38,206 bases of DNA from Minisyncoccia bacterium (GTDB taxonomy: Bacteria; Patescibacteriota; Patescibacteriia; Magasanikbacterales; UBA922): positions 1 through 38,206 of the forward strand of contig JBDGRJ010000002.1 of assembly GCA_042218115.1 (NCBI GenBank). Reading direction: 5' to 3'. Of this stretch, positions 7,547-16,964 are shown piece after piece. Every line of letters starts with the position of its first letter. The first letter of the stretch is position 1. The notes under the pieces are model-generated. The model ran no database searches, was not told the origin of the DNA, and saw only the letters and a program-made list of their open reading frames with translations. The position numbers and the translations under genes are program-made.

Positions 7547-9394
7547 ATGAATTTTGTAGAAAAATTTTTAACAAAGCATCATCTAATCCACAAGCCACAC
7601 AAGTGGTTTTTAGCTTTGATATCTTCTCCGATCCATGCCGCTGAAAAGCACTACGAGAAAAAATATAAGCTGAACTATGGTCATGCTAGGAAGCTGTTTA
7701 TCTTTGATATGTTTTTACTTGTGTTAGTGGCTGTACTTATAGGGGCTACTCTGTTTTGGTTCTTGTATGACCCGGGAGTCACCGATAAGGTAAACCTAAC
7801 AATCTCAAAAGAGGTCCACGGCCAGGCAGTGGACAGCAATAGAATTAAAAGTGGCGAACATATCACCTACATAATTAAATATACCAACGGCAGCAATGCA
7901 ACACTGCAAAACCCCAAACTGACCCTGAATCTACCAAAAACCTTTCGGGTAGAGACTGTGACACCCCAGAAGTTCTATACCACCCACACCAAGACCTTTG
8001 AGCTGCCCGATCTTCAGCCGGGCTCCGAAGGTTCTATCAAAATGGAAGGGTTTTACTTTGGTCCACCAGGAGAACATAAGAGGATAACCGTATTTTTAAA
8101 CTACAATCAACAACAAAGGAAGCAAAGAGAGCAGATAATAGCAAGTGCTATTAATATCCTCCAAGGTTCATATCTCAAAGCTAATCTCAAACCCAAAAGA
8201 GCCACGGTACTGCCCAGAGATAATGTCTCAGCTGAACTGAGCATTAAAAATACATACCACCACGATATGAAAAATATTCGCATTCCTCTGGAAGGTGCTG
8301 ATATCACCAGCACTACCGTAGGCGAGACCTCAGAGCAGACCTGGCGGATTGATCAGCTCAATAAGCAAGAGGAAGCTAAAGCTGAGGTGAGTATAAATGT
8401 AGCGGCCGAGCCTAATACAGACAAGTTCACTTACAGCTTTACTCCTCAAATACAACAACAAGATAAATTAATACCTCAACAACAGATAAGTACTAACTTC
8501 GAAGTTATATATCCAAAAACCAAGCTTAGCACCAGCTGGGACAAAAAGGCGGTCCAGCCGGGAGATACGGCTGAGCTTACTATCGTCGCCGATAACAATG
8601 GCAGTATTACCCTGAATAATCTAGCTATAGCACTGCCGACCATGGATAAGTTCATAGACCGAGACCAGTTCCTTCAGCTGAATGATGCTAAGCTACAGCA
8701 AGGCTCATTTGTAATTACAAACAACACTAATGCTAAGCTGACCTCTCTAGCCCCGGGACAAAAAAAGGAAATCAAGCTAAAAGTTCCTATAAACAGCTAT
8801 ATATCAGAGGGTGAGGACCTCACACTTCAGCTAAAACCGAAGCTGCGCAGCTCAATAGGTCAGATCGAGAAATCCTACACCAAATCAAAAACCACAGCAC
8901 CGCTGAAGATAGGTACTTCCATTAGCTTGTCCGTATCCTCACGTTATTTCACCCCCGGAGGCGACCAGCTCGGACGCGGTCCACTACCCCCTAGAGTAGG
9001 AGAGACGACTAAATACTGGGTCTTTGTCACTTTCCGCAATACCACCAGCGATATTGAGAACATCTCCTTCCGCTCTACTCTCTCAGAGTCAGCTAGATGG
9101 ACCGGTAAAACCAGCGTAAGCCAGGGAGAGAATTTAAACTTTAACCAACAAGATAAAACAGTAAGCTGGAGCTATCCTCAGCTGCCACCTCACTCTAAGG
9201 CGGGGCTATACATGCAGCTTGCGGTAACGCCTGAACCTAAACACAGAGGAACAACACCGAACTTGCTCGAAAATATTAGACTAAAAGCCGATGACAGCTA
9301 CATCAACAGATCCATCACCAAGACTTCTGTTCCGATAGATACGTCCCTGCCCCAGGACGATCAGGCACAGCAGCTGGGAGTAGAAGTAAGATAA
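7547..9394 (+). CDS. membrane-anchored beta-rich protein of unknown function (possibly DUF11/CARDB-like repeats)
   Basis: 615 aa with an N-terminal TM helix (LFIFDMFLLVLVAVLIGATLFWFLY). It is followed by several ~100-aa segments with beta-sandwich-like alternating patterns (ITYIIKYTNGSNATLQNPKLTLNLP; AELTIVADNNGSITLNNLAIALP). The family call is weak. Confidence 0.55.
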   Translation: MNFVEKFLTKHHLIHKPHKWFLALISSPIHAAEKHYEKKYKLNYGHARKLFIFDMFLLVLVAVLIGATLFWFLYDPGVTDKVNLTISKEVHGQAVDSNRIKSGEHITYIIKYTNGSNATLQNPKLTLNLPKTFRVETVTPQKFYTTHTKTFELPDLQPGSEGSIKMEGFYFGPPGEHKRITVFLNYNQQQRKQREQIIASAINILQGSYLKANLKPKRATVLPRDNVSAELSIKNTYHHDMKNIRIPLEGADITSTTVGETSEQTWRIDQLNKQEEAKAEVSINVAAEPNTDKFTYSFTPQIQQQDKLIPQQQISTNFEVIYPKTKLSTSWDKKAVQPGDTAELTIVADNNGSITLNNLAIALPTMDKFIDRDQFLQLNDAKLQQGSFVITNNTNAKLTSLAPGQKKEIKLKVPINSYISEGEDLTLQLKPKLRSSIGQIEKSYTKSKTTAPLKIGTSISLSVSSRYFTPGGDQLGRGPLPPRVGETTKYWVFVTFRNTTSDIENISFRSTLSESARWTGKTSVSQGENLNFNQQDKTVSWSYPQLPPHSKAGLYMQLAVTPEPKHRGTTPNLLENIRLKADDSYINRSITKTSVPIDTSLPQDDQAQQLGVEVR

Positions 9395-9448
9395 TGTAGT
9401 GGTTGTCTCAATCCCTCACAGAAATTAATTAATTTATAATCCCTCTCA

Positions 9449-10588
9449 ATGAAGATAGCGATGATAGGACAAAAAGGAATACCGGCTCATCACGGAGGAG
9501 TAGAAACACACGTAGAACAGCTGAGTAAAAAATTAGCCGAAAAAGACCACCAGATCAATGTATATTCAAGAAAATGGTATATCAGACAAGCCGAACAAAA
9601 GGGTCCGCCGGAGCAGGAAAATATATCACGGATATTTACACCGACTATAAACAGCAAACATCTAGACACTATAATCCACACCTTTACCTCTACCGTCCAC
9701 GCCTTATTTACAGATGTGGACATCATTCACTATCACGGAGTGGGCCCATCACTGTTAGCTTGGATACCTAGAGTATTTAGCTTCAGCTCAGTAGTATCCA
9801 CCTTTCATTGTGTCGACAGAAAGCACGGCAAGTGGGGCTGGTTTGCGCGTCAGATACTGAAGCTGGGTGAGTGGGCCAGCTGCAGCTTTCCTCATCGGAC
9901 AATTGCGGTCTCGAAAAGCATACAAAAATACGCACAAGATGAATGGAGTAAAGATATTACATATATCCCCAATGGAGTGCCATTATTTGAACAAACGGAC
10001 AACACCGAGGAGATAGAAAAATGGGATCTCGAACCGGACCAATACTTACTTATAGTCTCCAGATTGATAGCACACAAAGGGATACATTATGCAATCAAAG
10101 CTTACAAGCAGATTAAAGCCCATACGGAGCTGGTGGAGAATAAAAAGCTCGTTATAGTCGGATCGGGCCACCACAGCAGCGACTACGAAGATAAGATTAG
10201 ACAAATGGCAGAAGAGGAAGATGATATTATATTAGCTGGTTTTCAAAGTGGCGACACGCTAGATCAGCTGTTTAGCCACGCTGAGATAATGGTCAGTCCC
10301 TCTGATCATGAAGGTCTTCCGGTTACTCTACTGGAGGCTATGAGCTACAGCTTGCCGGTGGTATTGTCCGATATTCCCGAACACAAAGAAGTAATAAAAG
10401 ACTCAGAATATCTATTCTCGGCAGGAGACGCAGATGATCTAGAGAAAACTCTAAAAAATATCCTAAACAAGTCAAAGCAGAAATTAAGAGAAATAGGAGC
10501 AAAAAACAGGAAAATTATAGAGCAAAATTACAGCTGGAATACGGTATCTGAGAGTATAGAAAAGCTGTATAAAGAATTACAAAACTGA
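9449..10588 (+). CDS. GT4-family glycosyltransferase
   Basis: N-terminal GGVETHV motif. C-terminal Glycos_transf_1-like core HEGLPVTLLEAMSYSLPVVLSDIPEHKEVI (E-x7-E). Confidence 0.85.
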   Translation: MKIAMIGQKGIPAHHGGVETHVEQLSKKLAEKDHQINVYSRKWYIRQAEQKGPPEQENISRIFTPTINSKHLDTIIHTFTSTVHALFTDVDIIHYHGVGPSLLAWIPRVFSFSSVVSTFHCVDRKHGKWGWFARQILKLGEWASCSFPHRTIAVSKSIQKYAQDEWSKDITYIPNGVPLFEQTDNTEEIEKWDLEPDQYLLIVSRLIAHKGIHYAIKAYKQIKAHTELVENKKLVIVGSGHHSSDYEDKIRQMAEEEDDIILAGFQSGDTLDQLFSHAEIMVSPSDHEGLPVTLLEAMSYSLPVVLSDIPEHKEVIKDSEYLFSAGDADDLEKTLKNILNKSKQKLREIGAKNRKIIEQNYSWNTVSESIEKLYKELQN

Positions 10589-10746
10589 TCATAAACACGC
10601 CCACGGATAAAACCAACCTAAAAAAATATCAAGCATGAGCCGCTAGCTCTAAAAACTGAAAAAAACATCATTATCTTGGATGGCTTACACTGCAACTCTA
10701 ATTCATCCTCGGTAAAGTCACAGGAGACTCTAATCACTAGCACTTA

Positions 10747-12771
10747 TTAAAAACTAACCCCCTCACTGGTGACGACAATATCTTCTCGGTTATCAAAGTT
10801 TACATCAGCCGTCCTCACCCCGATCTCAGGCTCAAAACCGGGCAAGGTGGAGAATGCTTGAAATTGATGCTTCTTTTTACCGGATGAGTCAAATATTTTT
10901 ATAATAGGCTTTGAGTTCACTACACCGGAGGTAATAATCTCATCAATACCCCTGCCATCAGTGTTTCCAGCAGCTATGGATAAGCTGGAGGTGTAGTTTG
11001 GGTAGCTGCGCCAGCTGTTTATAAGATTAAATCTGCTGTCGAATAAATTTATCTTCGGCTCAATGTTATGTTTTGACTGCACTAATATATGATTTTCTCC
11101 ACTGCCGAAATCACCGACATCCACCGAGTAGCCGGAGTCGTAAGATCTGCCAAAAGGGTACCAGCTCTTTAATAGAGAGCCGTAGCGTGTATATATCTTT
11201 ATAGGCTTATCGCTGGTGTTAGTAGGGTAGACAAAAATCTCCTTGATACCATCACCCCCGATATCCCCTACGGAGATGCTGACTTGATGATCATAGTTTA
11301 CATTGTAGGGAAACTCGCGTAAATATAACATACCGTCGCTTCCCCGCAGAGTTAGCTTGCCGTTGTCAAACCTCAACAGCTCCATCGACCCGTTGTTGTC
11401 TATATCTATATGCCCGACCCAGCTTCCTCCGTCAAATCTATCCTCAAAAGTAAAGAAACCATTACGGACCCTATCTCCCCGATCAGAAAAAAAGCGGGCA
11501 AAGTTTCCATTGTTAAACACCACTCCTTTTAGTTTTTCAAACGTCTTCAACAATACACGAGCATCGTAGCGGTCAAGGTTTAACTTTGAAGTAATCGAAC
11601 CGTCATTGGCGGGAGCTTCACCGTGTAGATGTTCATAGCTTCCGGACAGATTTACCCTGCGGGATCTCTGATCACTGTTTAGGACTACCAACCCATTCTC
11701 AAAGGACCTGCTCCAGACACCCCTCTGGTACTGGCTTTTTTTATTTGATCTGGGCTGCTCCAGAGGCTTGCCCAGATTGACATCATACTCATCGTACCAC
11801 CACAGCTGGCCGTGATCTTCATCACCATAGTCAAAAGAGTAATAACCATCCTCCAACAGAGCACTCGCCAACCCGAACCGCATGCGCTTAAACTTGTCTC
11901 TACCTCCTTCATTGCCGGTATTGCTGTTTATTATATTGATCCTAGGTCTTTGCCTTTGGTCGGTATTGTAGTTATACGACTCCATCAGACGCTTCCAGTT
12001 CGAGCCGGATAAGTTCTCCAGCATCATACCATTTAGTCTATCATCATACTCGAAAGTAGTGTTATTCCCTACCAACACGATCTTATTGTCAGCCAGCTTC
12101 CTGGTCTTATCATAAATGTCCTTCATCCCCTGCTTCCACTTTTGATTTGCTATATTTTTTGATTCTCGCTTACCATCTAAATCCAGGTCAATATTATCTC
12201 CGGCAAAAAAGGTAATGTTATCCCAGGAGTTATCATAAAACACCCCGTCCCACAAGCCGGTAGAGAGCAGCTCATTGGCTACAAACTCAGAGACGTGGTC
12301 CTGCCATCTCTCTCCTGCTATTTTCGGACTTTCTCTGGTTACATTCATCAGGTAAGTGCCGGGCCACCAAGAGAGCCTGTTTCCGGCTGAGTTTTTCAGG
12401 TACCACTCATCCTCAATGCCTTCATACAGCTTATTTCGCAGCGGTGCTATCTCTTCTCTACCTTCAGCACTTCTGTCTATCTCTTGGGGTGTGATGTAAG
12501 CTAGTATTATAATATCTGGGTTTATCTCTCGCATCTTCTCGATCAGATGCGGATTGTGCTGCTGGTTCTCCATATCCAACACCACCACATCCCATCGAGC
12601 AAGCTTTTCAGCCTTCTGCTCAGTCAGTGTCCATTTCAGATAATAATTAGCCAAGCGAGGATAGTCATGATTCTGCTTTTTTTCACTAATAGTTGCAGCT
12701 GAAGTGCTGGAGACAACAAAAAATGAAGCTAGTAAGGCAAATATTAAGCTGTAGACTGCTGATCTGTTCAT
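10747..12771 (-). CDS. secreted protein: glycoside-hydrolase-like TIM-barrel N-domain plus C-terminal FG-GAP/VCBS-like repeats
   Basis: Signal peptide (LIFALLASFFVVSSTSAA). The N-terminal half (YPRLANYYLKW...WDVVVLDME...NPDIIILAYI) resembles the GHL15/GH114-type putative hydrolase families. The C-terminal half has four D-x-[DG]-x-[DG]-G-x-x-E-[IL] style repeats (VGDIGGDGIKEIFV, VGDFGSGENHILV, AGNTDGRGIDEIITS, ADVNFDNREDIVV). It overlaps the upstream gene by 4 nt (12768-12771). Confidence 0.6.
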   Translation of the reverse strand: MNRSAVYSLIFALLASFFVVSSTSAATISEKKQNHDYPRLANYYLKWTLTEQKAEKLARWDVVVLDMENQQHNPHLIEKMREINPDIIILAYITPQEIDRSAEGREEIAPLRNKLYEGIEDEWYLKNSAGNRLSWWPGTYLMNVTRESPKIAGERWQDHVSEFVANELLSTGLWDGVFYDNSWDNITFFAGDNIDLDLDGKRESKNIANQKWKQGMKDIYDKTRKLADNKIVLVGNNTTFEYDDRLNGMMLENLSGSNWKRLMESYNYNTDQRQRPRINIINSNTGNEGGRDKFKRMRFGLASALLEDGYYSFDYGDEDHGQLWWYDEYDVNLGKPLEQPRSNKKSQYQRGVWSRSFENGLVVLNSDQRSRRVNLSGSYEHLHGEAPANDGSITSKLNLDRYDARVLLKTFEKLKGVVFNNGNFARFFSDRGDRVRNGFFTFEDRFDGGSWVGHIDIDNNGSMELLRFDNGKLTLRGSDGMLYLREFPYNVNYDHQVSISVGDIGGDGIKEIFVYPTNTSDKPIKIYTRYGSLLKSWYPFGRSYDSGYSVDVGDFGSGENHILVQSKHNIEPKINLFDSRFNLINSWRSYPNYTSSLSIAAGNTDGRGIDEIITSGVVNSKPIIKIFDSSGKKKHQFQAFSTLPGFEPEIGVRTADVNFDNREDIVVTSEGVSF

Positions 12772-13985
12772 AGTGAGTTGTATACTGATAAAATCTGCTC
12801 TAAGTGTTTTTGCGGGTCGTTTTCTTGTTCAATCTCTTCTCTAAGCTTACGCCTTATATTCTTCTTTTTTTCAGCCGGGTTATTATACCACTGCTCTATT
12901 TTCTCAGCCAGCTTTGAGGGCTGGTTCGGCTCTACCAGCAGGCTGCCCGGCAGCTGCTCGGGTAATCCCCCGATAGAGCTGGCTATCGGTATCCGCCCCA
13001 TCGCTTTGGCCTCTAGAGTGCTTATGGGGTAATTTTCATACCATATTGAAGGTAAAATTACAAGGTCAGCTGATCTTATCCTCTTCTTTAGCGGCTCTCC
13101 GGTCAAAAAGCCGGTAAACTCCACATTATCTATCTTCTCCTGCTCTACTCTCTGCTTGAGCTGATCCTCCATCGGACCGGATCCGACTATTTTTACCGGT
13201 ATCTTAGGAATTTTTTTTGCTGCATCCAGCAGCACTTCCAGGCCCTTCTCCTCGGCCAGACGGCCGATATAGGCTACATAATCACCCTCATCATAGGAAA
13301 ACTCAAACTCATCCGCGTCTATCGGGTTTGGTATATGGATAAACTGATCCTTGTCCCAGCCGTGCTTTACACAAATATCCTGCATAAACTTAGAGGGCGC
13401 AATGAACTTATCGATATACTTATCATATACATTCCACAGCTTATGATGGATTATCATCTCTAAGGTTACGATAATACTTTTTGCTAAACTTCCGTCCATA
13501 CACCGATCCGAGATACAGCTGGTATACCAACCTTCGCAGTTCTCTTCGTGAACTTCTCCGTGGTGAAACATAGTGTAGTTGGGGGCGATCAGCTTGTAAT
13601 CGTGGAGGGTCATAACCACATCCGCCCCCTGCCGTGAGAGCGGTAGAAGAATAGAAGGAGATATATGGTGATAGATATTATGCAGATGAGCTATATCAAT
13701 ATCGATCTCTTCCAGCAGCTCCTCTATGTTGCTCTTAGCATCCATGTTATATATCATCTTGGATGCTATCTCTATCTTTTTAGCTATAGAATATTTATCC
13801 GGATCGGAGAGATCGTAAGCCTCGATATAATAATCGCTATAATCAGAATCCAGAGTCTGCTCCTGATCCATAGTAAACGGCACCACTTTATGACCTTCAC
13901 TGTGTAGATCCTGAGACAGGTTGACCATATAATTTGACGCTCCGTCTCTGCGCCAGAAATATTTGTGAGCTTGGAGTATATTCAT
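12768..13985 (-). CDS. GT4-family glycosyltransferase (called GT-A in the findings)
   Basis: MNILQAHKYFWRRDGASNYM... N-terminus. GRLAEEKG...IVGSGP...PSIWYENYPISTLEAKAMGRIPIASSIGGLPE (E-x7-E). Confidence 0.85.
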   Translation of the reverse strand: MNILQAHKYFWRRDGASNYMVNLSQDLHSEGHKVVPFTMDQEQTLDSDYSDYYIEAYDLSDPDKYSIAKKIEIASKMIYNMDAKSNIEELLEEIDIDIAHLHNIYHHISPSILLPLSRQGADVVMTLHDYKLIAPNYTMFHHGEVHEENCEGWYTSCISDRCMDGSLAKSIIVTLEMIIHHKLWNVYDKYIDKFIAPSKFMQDICVKHGWDKDQFIHIPNPIDADEFEFSYDEGDYVAYIGRLAEEKGLEVLLDAAKKIPKIPVKIVGSGPMEDQLKQRVEQEKIDNVEFTGFLTGEPLKKRIRSADLVILPSIWYENYPISTLEAKAMGRIPIASSIGGLPEQLPGSLLVEPNQPSKLAEKIEQWYNNPAEKKKNIRRKLREEIEQENDPQKHLEQILSVYNSL

Positions 13986-14040
13986 TGATAATTCGATACT
14001 ACAGTATCTTTACTTATTAGCTCATAAAACATCCTGAGTT

Positions 14041-14436
14041 TTACTTATCCTGTTCAATAATGTCAAATACAAATTCGTTCACTTCTTTAGCTGCCTCAAA
14101 TGCCTTCCTCGCTTCATCGTCAGTCATCTCATACTCAATGTCGGGATATCTAGTGGGCAAATAATATTGATTGAGTAATTTTAATTGTTCGTGAATAGAG
14201 GTAATCTGATCAAAATCCTCCTCTATTAAACTTTCCAATCTAAGGAGATCATGAATTTTAGGGGGAGTCTGATTACTGAATTCAAGCAACCCCTTTAAGC
14301 ACTTCTCAGCAACTTGATGTGACAAAAAACACACATCAGGAGTAACTTCGCTATCTAAAATACCTCTTGCCGAAACTATATGCTGTTGGGCTAGCTTAAA
14401 CCAACTCTTATAATTTTCTGAGTTATTTTCTTGCAT
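14041..14436 (-). CDS. HEPN-domain protein (toxin partner of the MNT-HEPN pair)
   Basis: 131 aa, helical. It has an AEKCLKGLL motif and a YYLPTRYPD region typical of HEPN (PF05168-type) proteins. It overlaps the upstream nucleotidyltransferase gene by 14 nt. Confidence 0.8.
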   Translation of the reverse strand: MQENNSENYKSWFKLAQQHIVSARGILDSEVTPDVCFLSHQVAEKCLKGLLEFSNQTPPKIHDLLRLESLIEEDFDQITSIHEQLKLLNQYYLPTRYPDIEYEMTDDEARKAFEAAKEVNEFVFDIIEQDK

Positions 14437-14749
14437 ATAATTCTTGTCCTTCAGTTAAAACATTTTCAATAAATAAACTACCTTGCTGCTCTTTTTTGTT
14501 AAACTGATCGGGCGTATATACAATCACATCCATAGGGAAAGGTCTCGGATAAATGCTCCCGTCTATCTCTCTAGCCATCTCTTTGGGTTCGTCCGTTTTT
14601 GCAACAATAATCAGATCAACATCACTTTCTTCATCCGGGCTTCCCCAGGCATAGGAGCCGAACAAAAATATTTTTTCAGGATCGAACTCTGCTGTTATTT
14701 GGTCTACTACGGATTTAATTTCTTGTCTTCTGTTTTTAGTCTTGTCCAT
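14423..14749 (-). CDS. minimal nucleotidyltransferase (MNT) domain protein, antitoxin partner of HEPN
   Basis: IFLFGSYAWGSPDEESDVDLIIV matches the G-S-x(n)-D-x-D signature of the pol-beta nucleotidyltransferase fold. 108 aa, directly upstream of the HEPN gene. Confidence 0.85.
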   Translation of the reverse strand: MDKTKNRRQEIKSVVDQITAEFDPEKIFLFGSYAWGSPDEESDVDLIIVAKTDEPKEMAREIDGSIYPRPFPMDVIVYTPDQFNKKEQQGSLFIENVLTEGQELYARK

Positions 14750-14772
14750 ATCTAACTATTAAATGTAATCTT

Positions 14773-14800
14773 AGTATAACACAACTTGTCTTCTTAGCAA
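14773..14800 (-). promoter_or_regulatory. candidate sigma-70 promoter of the MNT-HEPN module
   Basis: Minus strand reads TTGCTA(14800-14795) - 16 nt - TATACT(14778-14773), with a TGt extended -10. The -10 lies 23 nt before the ATG at 14749. Confidence 0.35.
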
Positions 14801-14823
14801 GTAATCAACGAGGGCAACCTCTC

Positions 14824-15024
14824 CTAAGTCAGGTCTGCATAGAACCGCTCATATTTTTCCACCATATAGTAGTCGTTGTAATCAGAATCCAGAGTTTGCT
14901 ATTGGTCCATAGCAAAAGACACTATCTTATGCCCCTCTTTGTACAGATCTTGAGAAAGATTGACCATATAATTCGACGCCCCGCCTTTGCGCCAGAAATA
15001 TTTGTGAGCTTGGAGTATGTTCAT
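14824..15024 (-). pseudogene. chimeric GT4 remnant: first ~50 codons GT-A-like fused in frame to the last 13 codons of a GT-B-like gene, with an internal TAG
   Basis: Nt 14867-15024 align by hand at roughly 80% identity with 13829-13985 (the GT-A 5' end including the ATG). Nt 14824-14866 align at about 39/44 with 15635-15677 (the 3' end of the glycosyltransferase at 15635..16696). The translation is MNILQAHKYFWRKGGASNYMVNLSQDLYKEGHKIVSFAMDQ*QTLDSDYNDYYMVEKYERFYADLT*. Confidence 0.8.
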
Positions 15025-15048
15025 GTTATAATTTCGCTTGCTAAGATC

Positions 15049-15303
15049 TCAGTCGTAATGATTAGTAAAAGAAAATACTATCAGCTTTCCGTCTTTAAAA
15101 TAGCACAACCCCCTATATTGTCGATCCAGACGAAAACTGTAGATATTATTTTCTTTTGGCTCAATTTTTTTAAAATCCAAAGAGCCAATCTGAGGGTGTT
15201 GCTCCAAAAATTTTTTTGCTTTATTCCATTTGTCAGACAAATCTCTCGTTTCGAGATATTCTTTTAGCTCTTCTCTGAGTTCTTTAACCTCAAAGCCATC
15301 CAT
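15049..15303 (-). CDS. RelE/ParE-superfamily-like toxin
   Basis: 84 aa. IYSFRLDRQYRGLCYFKDGKLIVFSFTNHYD resembles the C-terminal beta-sheet signature of RelE/ParE/HigB-type toxins. It lies 5 nt downstream of an AbrB-type antitoxin gene. Confidence 0.6.
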   Translation of the reverse strand: MDGFEVKELREELKEYLETRDLSDKWNKAKKFLEQHPQIGSLDFKKIEPKENNIYSFRLDRQYRGLCYFKDGKLIVFSFTNHYD

Positions 15304-15308
15304 AATTT

Positions 15309-15572
15309 CTACTCTAAAGATTTTTCAAAACCCTCTACCGCATCTTCTATAAAACCCTCACTATAGCCTTCCTCCTTTAAATCTTCTCTCAGCTTTCCAG
15401 CTGTAAGATCTTCCGGTACTTCTTCCACCTCTACTTTTCGGACCGGTTTTATAACTAACTCATTGTCTTTTTGTTTTACCTTAAAAGTATCCGTATCAAA
15501 CTGTTGTCTCCACTCTTTCGGTAAAGTAATCTGGCCGGTACCGAACATTTTTATGGTTTTGGTCTCGTCCAT
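15309..15572 (-). CDS. AbrB/SpoVT/MazE-family antitoxin
   Basis: FGTGQITLPKEWRQQF...LVIKPV is a SpoVT-AbrB swapped-hairpin motif, followed by an acidic C-terminal tail. Confidence 0.75.
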   Translation of the reverse strand: MDETKTIKMFGTGQITLPKEWRQQFDTDTFKVKQKDNELVIKPVRKVEVEEVPEDLTAGKLREDLKEEGYSEGFIEDAVEGFEKSLE

Positions 15573-15574
15573 AG

Positions 15575-15630
15575 TTATATAATTATGTAATTATATAATT
15601 CATAATATTAAAAATACAAAAGATTGTCAA
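15575..15630 (-). promoter_or_regulatory. near-consensus sigma-70 promoter plus perfect palindromic operator of the AbrB/RelE-like module
   Basis: Minus strand reads TTGACA(15630-15625) - 17 nt - TATTAT(15607-15602). Next comes an 11-bp perfect inverted repeat, ttatataatta-NN-taattatataa (15575-15598), ending 2 nt before the ATG at 15572. Confidence 0.55.
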
Positions 15631-15634
15631 AGAT

Positions 15635-16696
15635 TTAAGTTAAGTCGGCATACAACCGCTCATATTTTTCCACCATATTATCAATGCCGAAGTTTTCCTG
15701 AGCATGCTGACGAGCATTTTCAGCCACTTCTCTGCTTTTCTCTTTATGCTCGAGCACGAACTTTATCGTTTCTTTTAGAGATTGTACCGGCTCTTGTTGG
15801 TCGAACAAAAAGCCGTTCTCTTCATCGTCTATAAACTCGCTCAGACCATCTACATCCGAAGCGATCACCACTTTACCCGCCGTCATCGCCTCCAGTGCTA
15901 CCAGGCCAAAACCTTCCCAGCGAGACGGCACCACTACCACATCGTGTGAGTTATACTCCGCAACCACATCTTTGGTCGGATCCCAAATGCTGGTCTTATC
16001 CCAGAGATTATACTCATCTATTTGCTGTTTGATATTACTAAACTCACTGCCTTCTCCGATAATATCCAGATTCCACTGATCGTCTCTAAGTCCAGCAAAG
16101 GCTTTTAGTGCCCGATCGACCCCTTTTTGTACATCGAGCCGACCCATAATCAAAAAACGAAGCGGCAGATGATAGATAAAAGGCTCGGTGCGCAGCAGCT
16201 CCTCGAGCTCGATACCATGTGATATTACTTCTATCTGACTTTCATCCACTCCGTAGCTTAGCTGCATGTATTTTTTGACCGCTATAGAGGGAGCGGTATA
16301 TTTATCGGAATAACTGCTCAAGGCTCTTCTGATTATCCGCTTAGCCCAGCTTTCGCTTTTATTTAGATTATGCTCTGTAGTTACCACGGGCAGGTCCAGA
16401 CGCTTTGCCGCCACCCGACCCCACAGATCAGCCCCAAAAAGGTTGGTGTGGACCAGATCGGGCTCGAGATGATTCAATTTCTGTTTCAACTTTGAAAACA
16501 ACCCAAGGCTTAACTTGCCTTTTTTCTCTACTACGTGTAGATTTACCTTATCTTCAAGCAGATCAGCAAAAGGCTTATTGTCCTTAAAAATAACAACCTC
16601 ATGCCGAAAATTATGAGAGTTGTTGACCAGATTCACTACGAACTTCTCTGCTCCGCCGTAGGTTAAGGTCGGTATTATGTGTGCTACTTTTTTCAT
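15635..16696 (-). CDS. GT4-family glycosyltransferase (called GT-B in the findings)
   Basis: MKKVAHIIPTLTYGGAEKFVVNL N-terminus. PSRWEGFGLVALEAMTAGKVVIASDVDGLSEFI (E-x7-E). Confidence 0.85.
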   Translation of the reverse strand: MKKVAHIIPTLTYGGAEKFVVNLVNNSHNFRHEVVIFKDNKPFADLLEDKVNLHVVEKKGKLSLGLFSKLKQKLNHLEPDLVHTNLFGADLWGRVAAKRLDLPVVTTEHNLNKSESWAKRIIRRALSSYSDKYTAPSIAVKKYMQLSYGVDESQIEVISHGIELEELLRTEPFIYHLPLRFLIMGRLDVQKGVDRALKAFAGLRDDQWNLDIIGEGSEFSNIKQQIDEYNLWDKTSIWDPTKDVVAEYNSHDVVVVPSRWEGFGLVALEAMTAGKVVIASDVDGLSEFIDDEENGFLFDQQEPVQSLKETIKFVLEHKEKSREVAENARQHAQENFGIDNMVEKYERLYADLT

Positions 16697-16699
16697 AAT

Positions 16700-16963
16700 T
16701 TAGTTATAAATCTCGCTTCTGTGGTCTATATAGTGAACTACTATTTTCTCTTTAGAATAACTAACTTTATAAATAACTCGCCAATCACCCACTCTAAGCT
16801 TAAAAAAATCACTAAACTCACCCTGTAGAGGAATGGGAGTGATAAGTTCAAAATTTTTAGACAACCAACGCATTTTGTCCAACACCCGATTCTTTACCTC
16901 ACTATCAAGACCGGCCAAATCTTCTTTAGCTTGGTTGGACAAGAAAACAGACCAATCGGACAT
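16700..16963 (-). CDS. RelE/ParE-family toxin
   Basis: 87 aa. FKLRVGDWRVIYKVSYSKEKIVVHYIDHRSEIY is a typical RelE/ParE C-terminal signature. It starts 1 nt after the upstream small ORF. Confidence 0.75.
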   Translation of the reverse strand: MSDWSVFLSNQAKEDLAGLDSEVKNRVLDKMRWLSKNFELITPIPLQGEFSDFFKLRVGDWRVIYKVSYSKEKIVVHYIDHRSEIYN

Positions 16964-16964
16964 A

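Noticed and set aside
14896-15267. 123-aa + strand ORF spanning the GT remnant and the RelE-like toxin gene
   Set aside because: It is antisense to two features with clear homology-based support (the remnant matching GT-A, and the TA toxin). It has no motif of its own.
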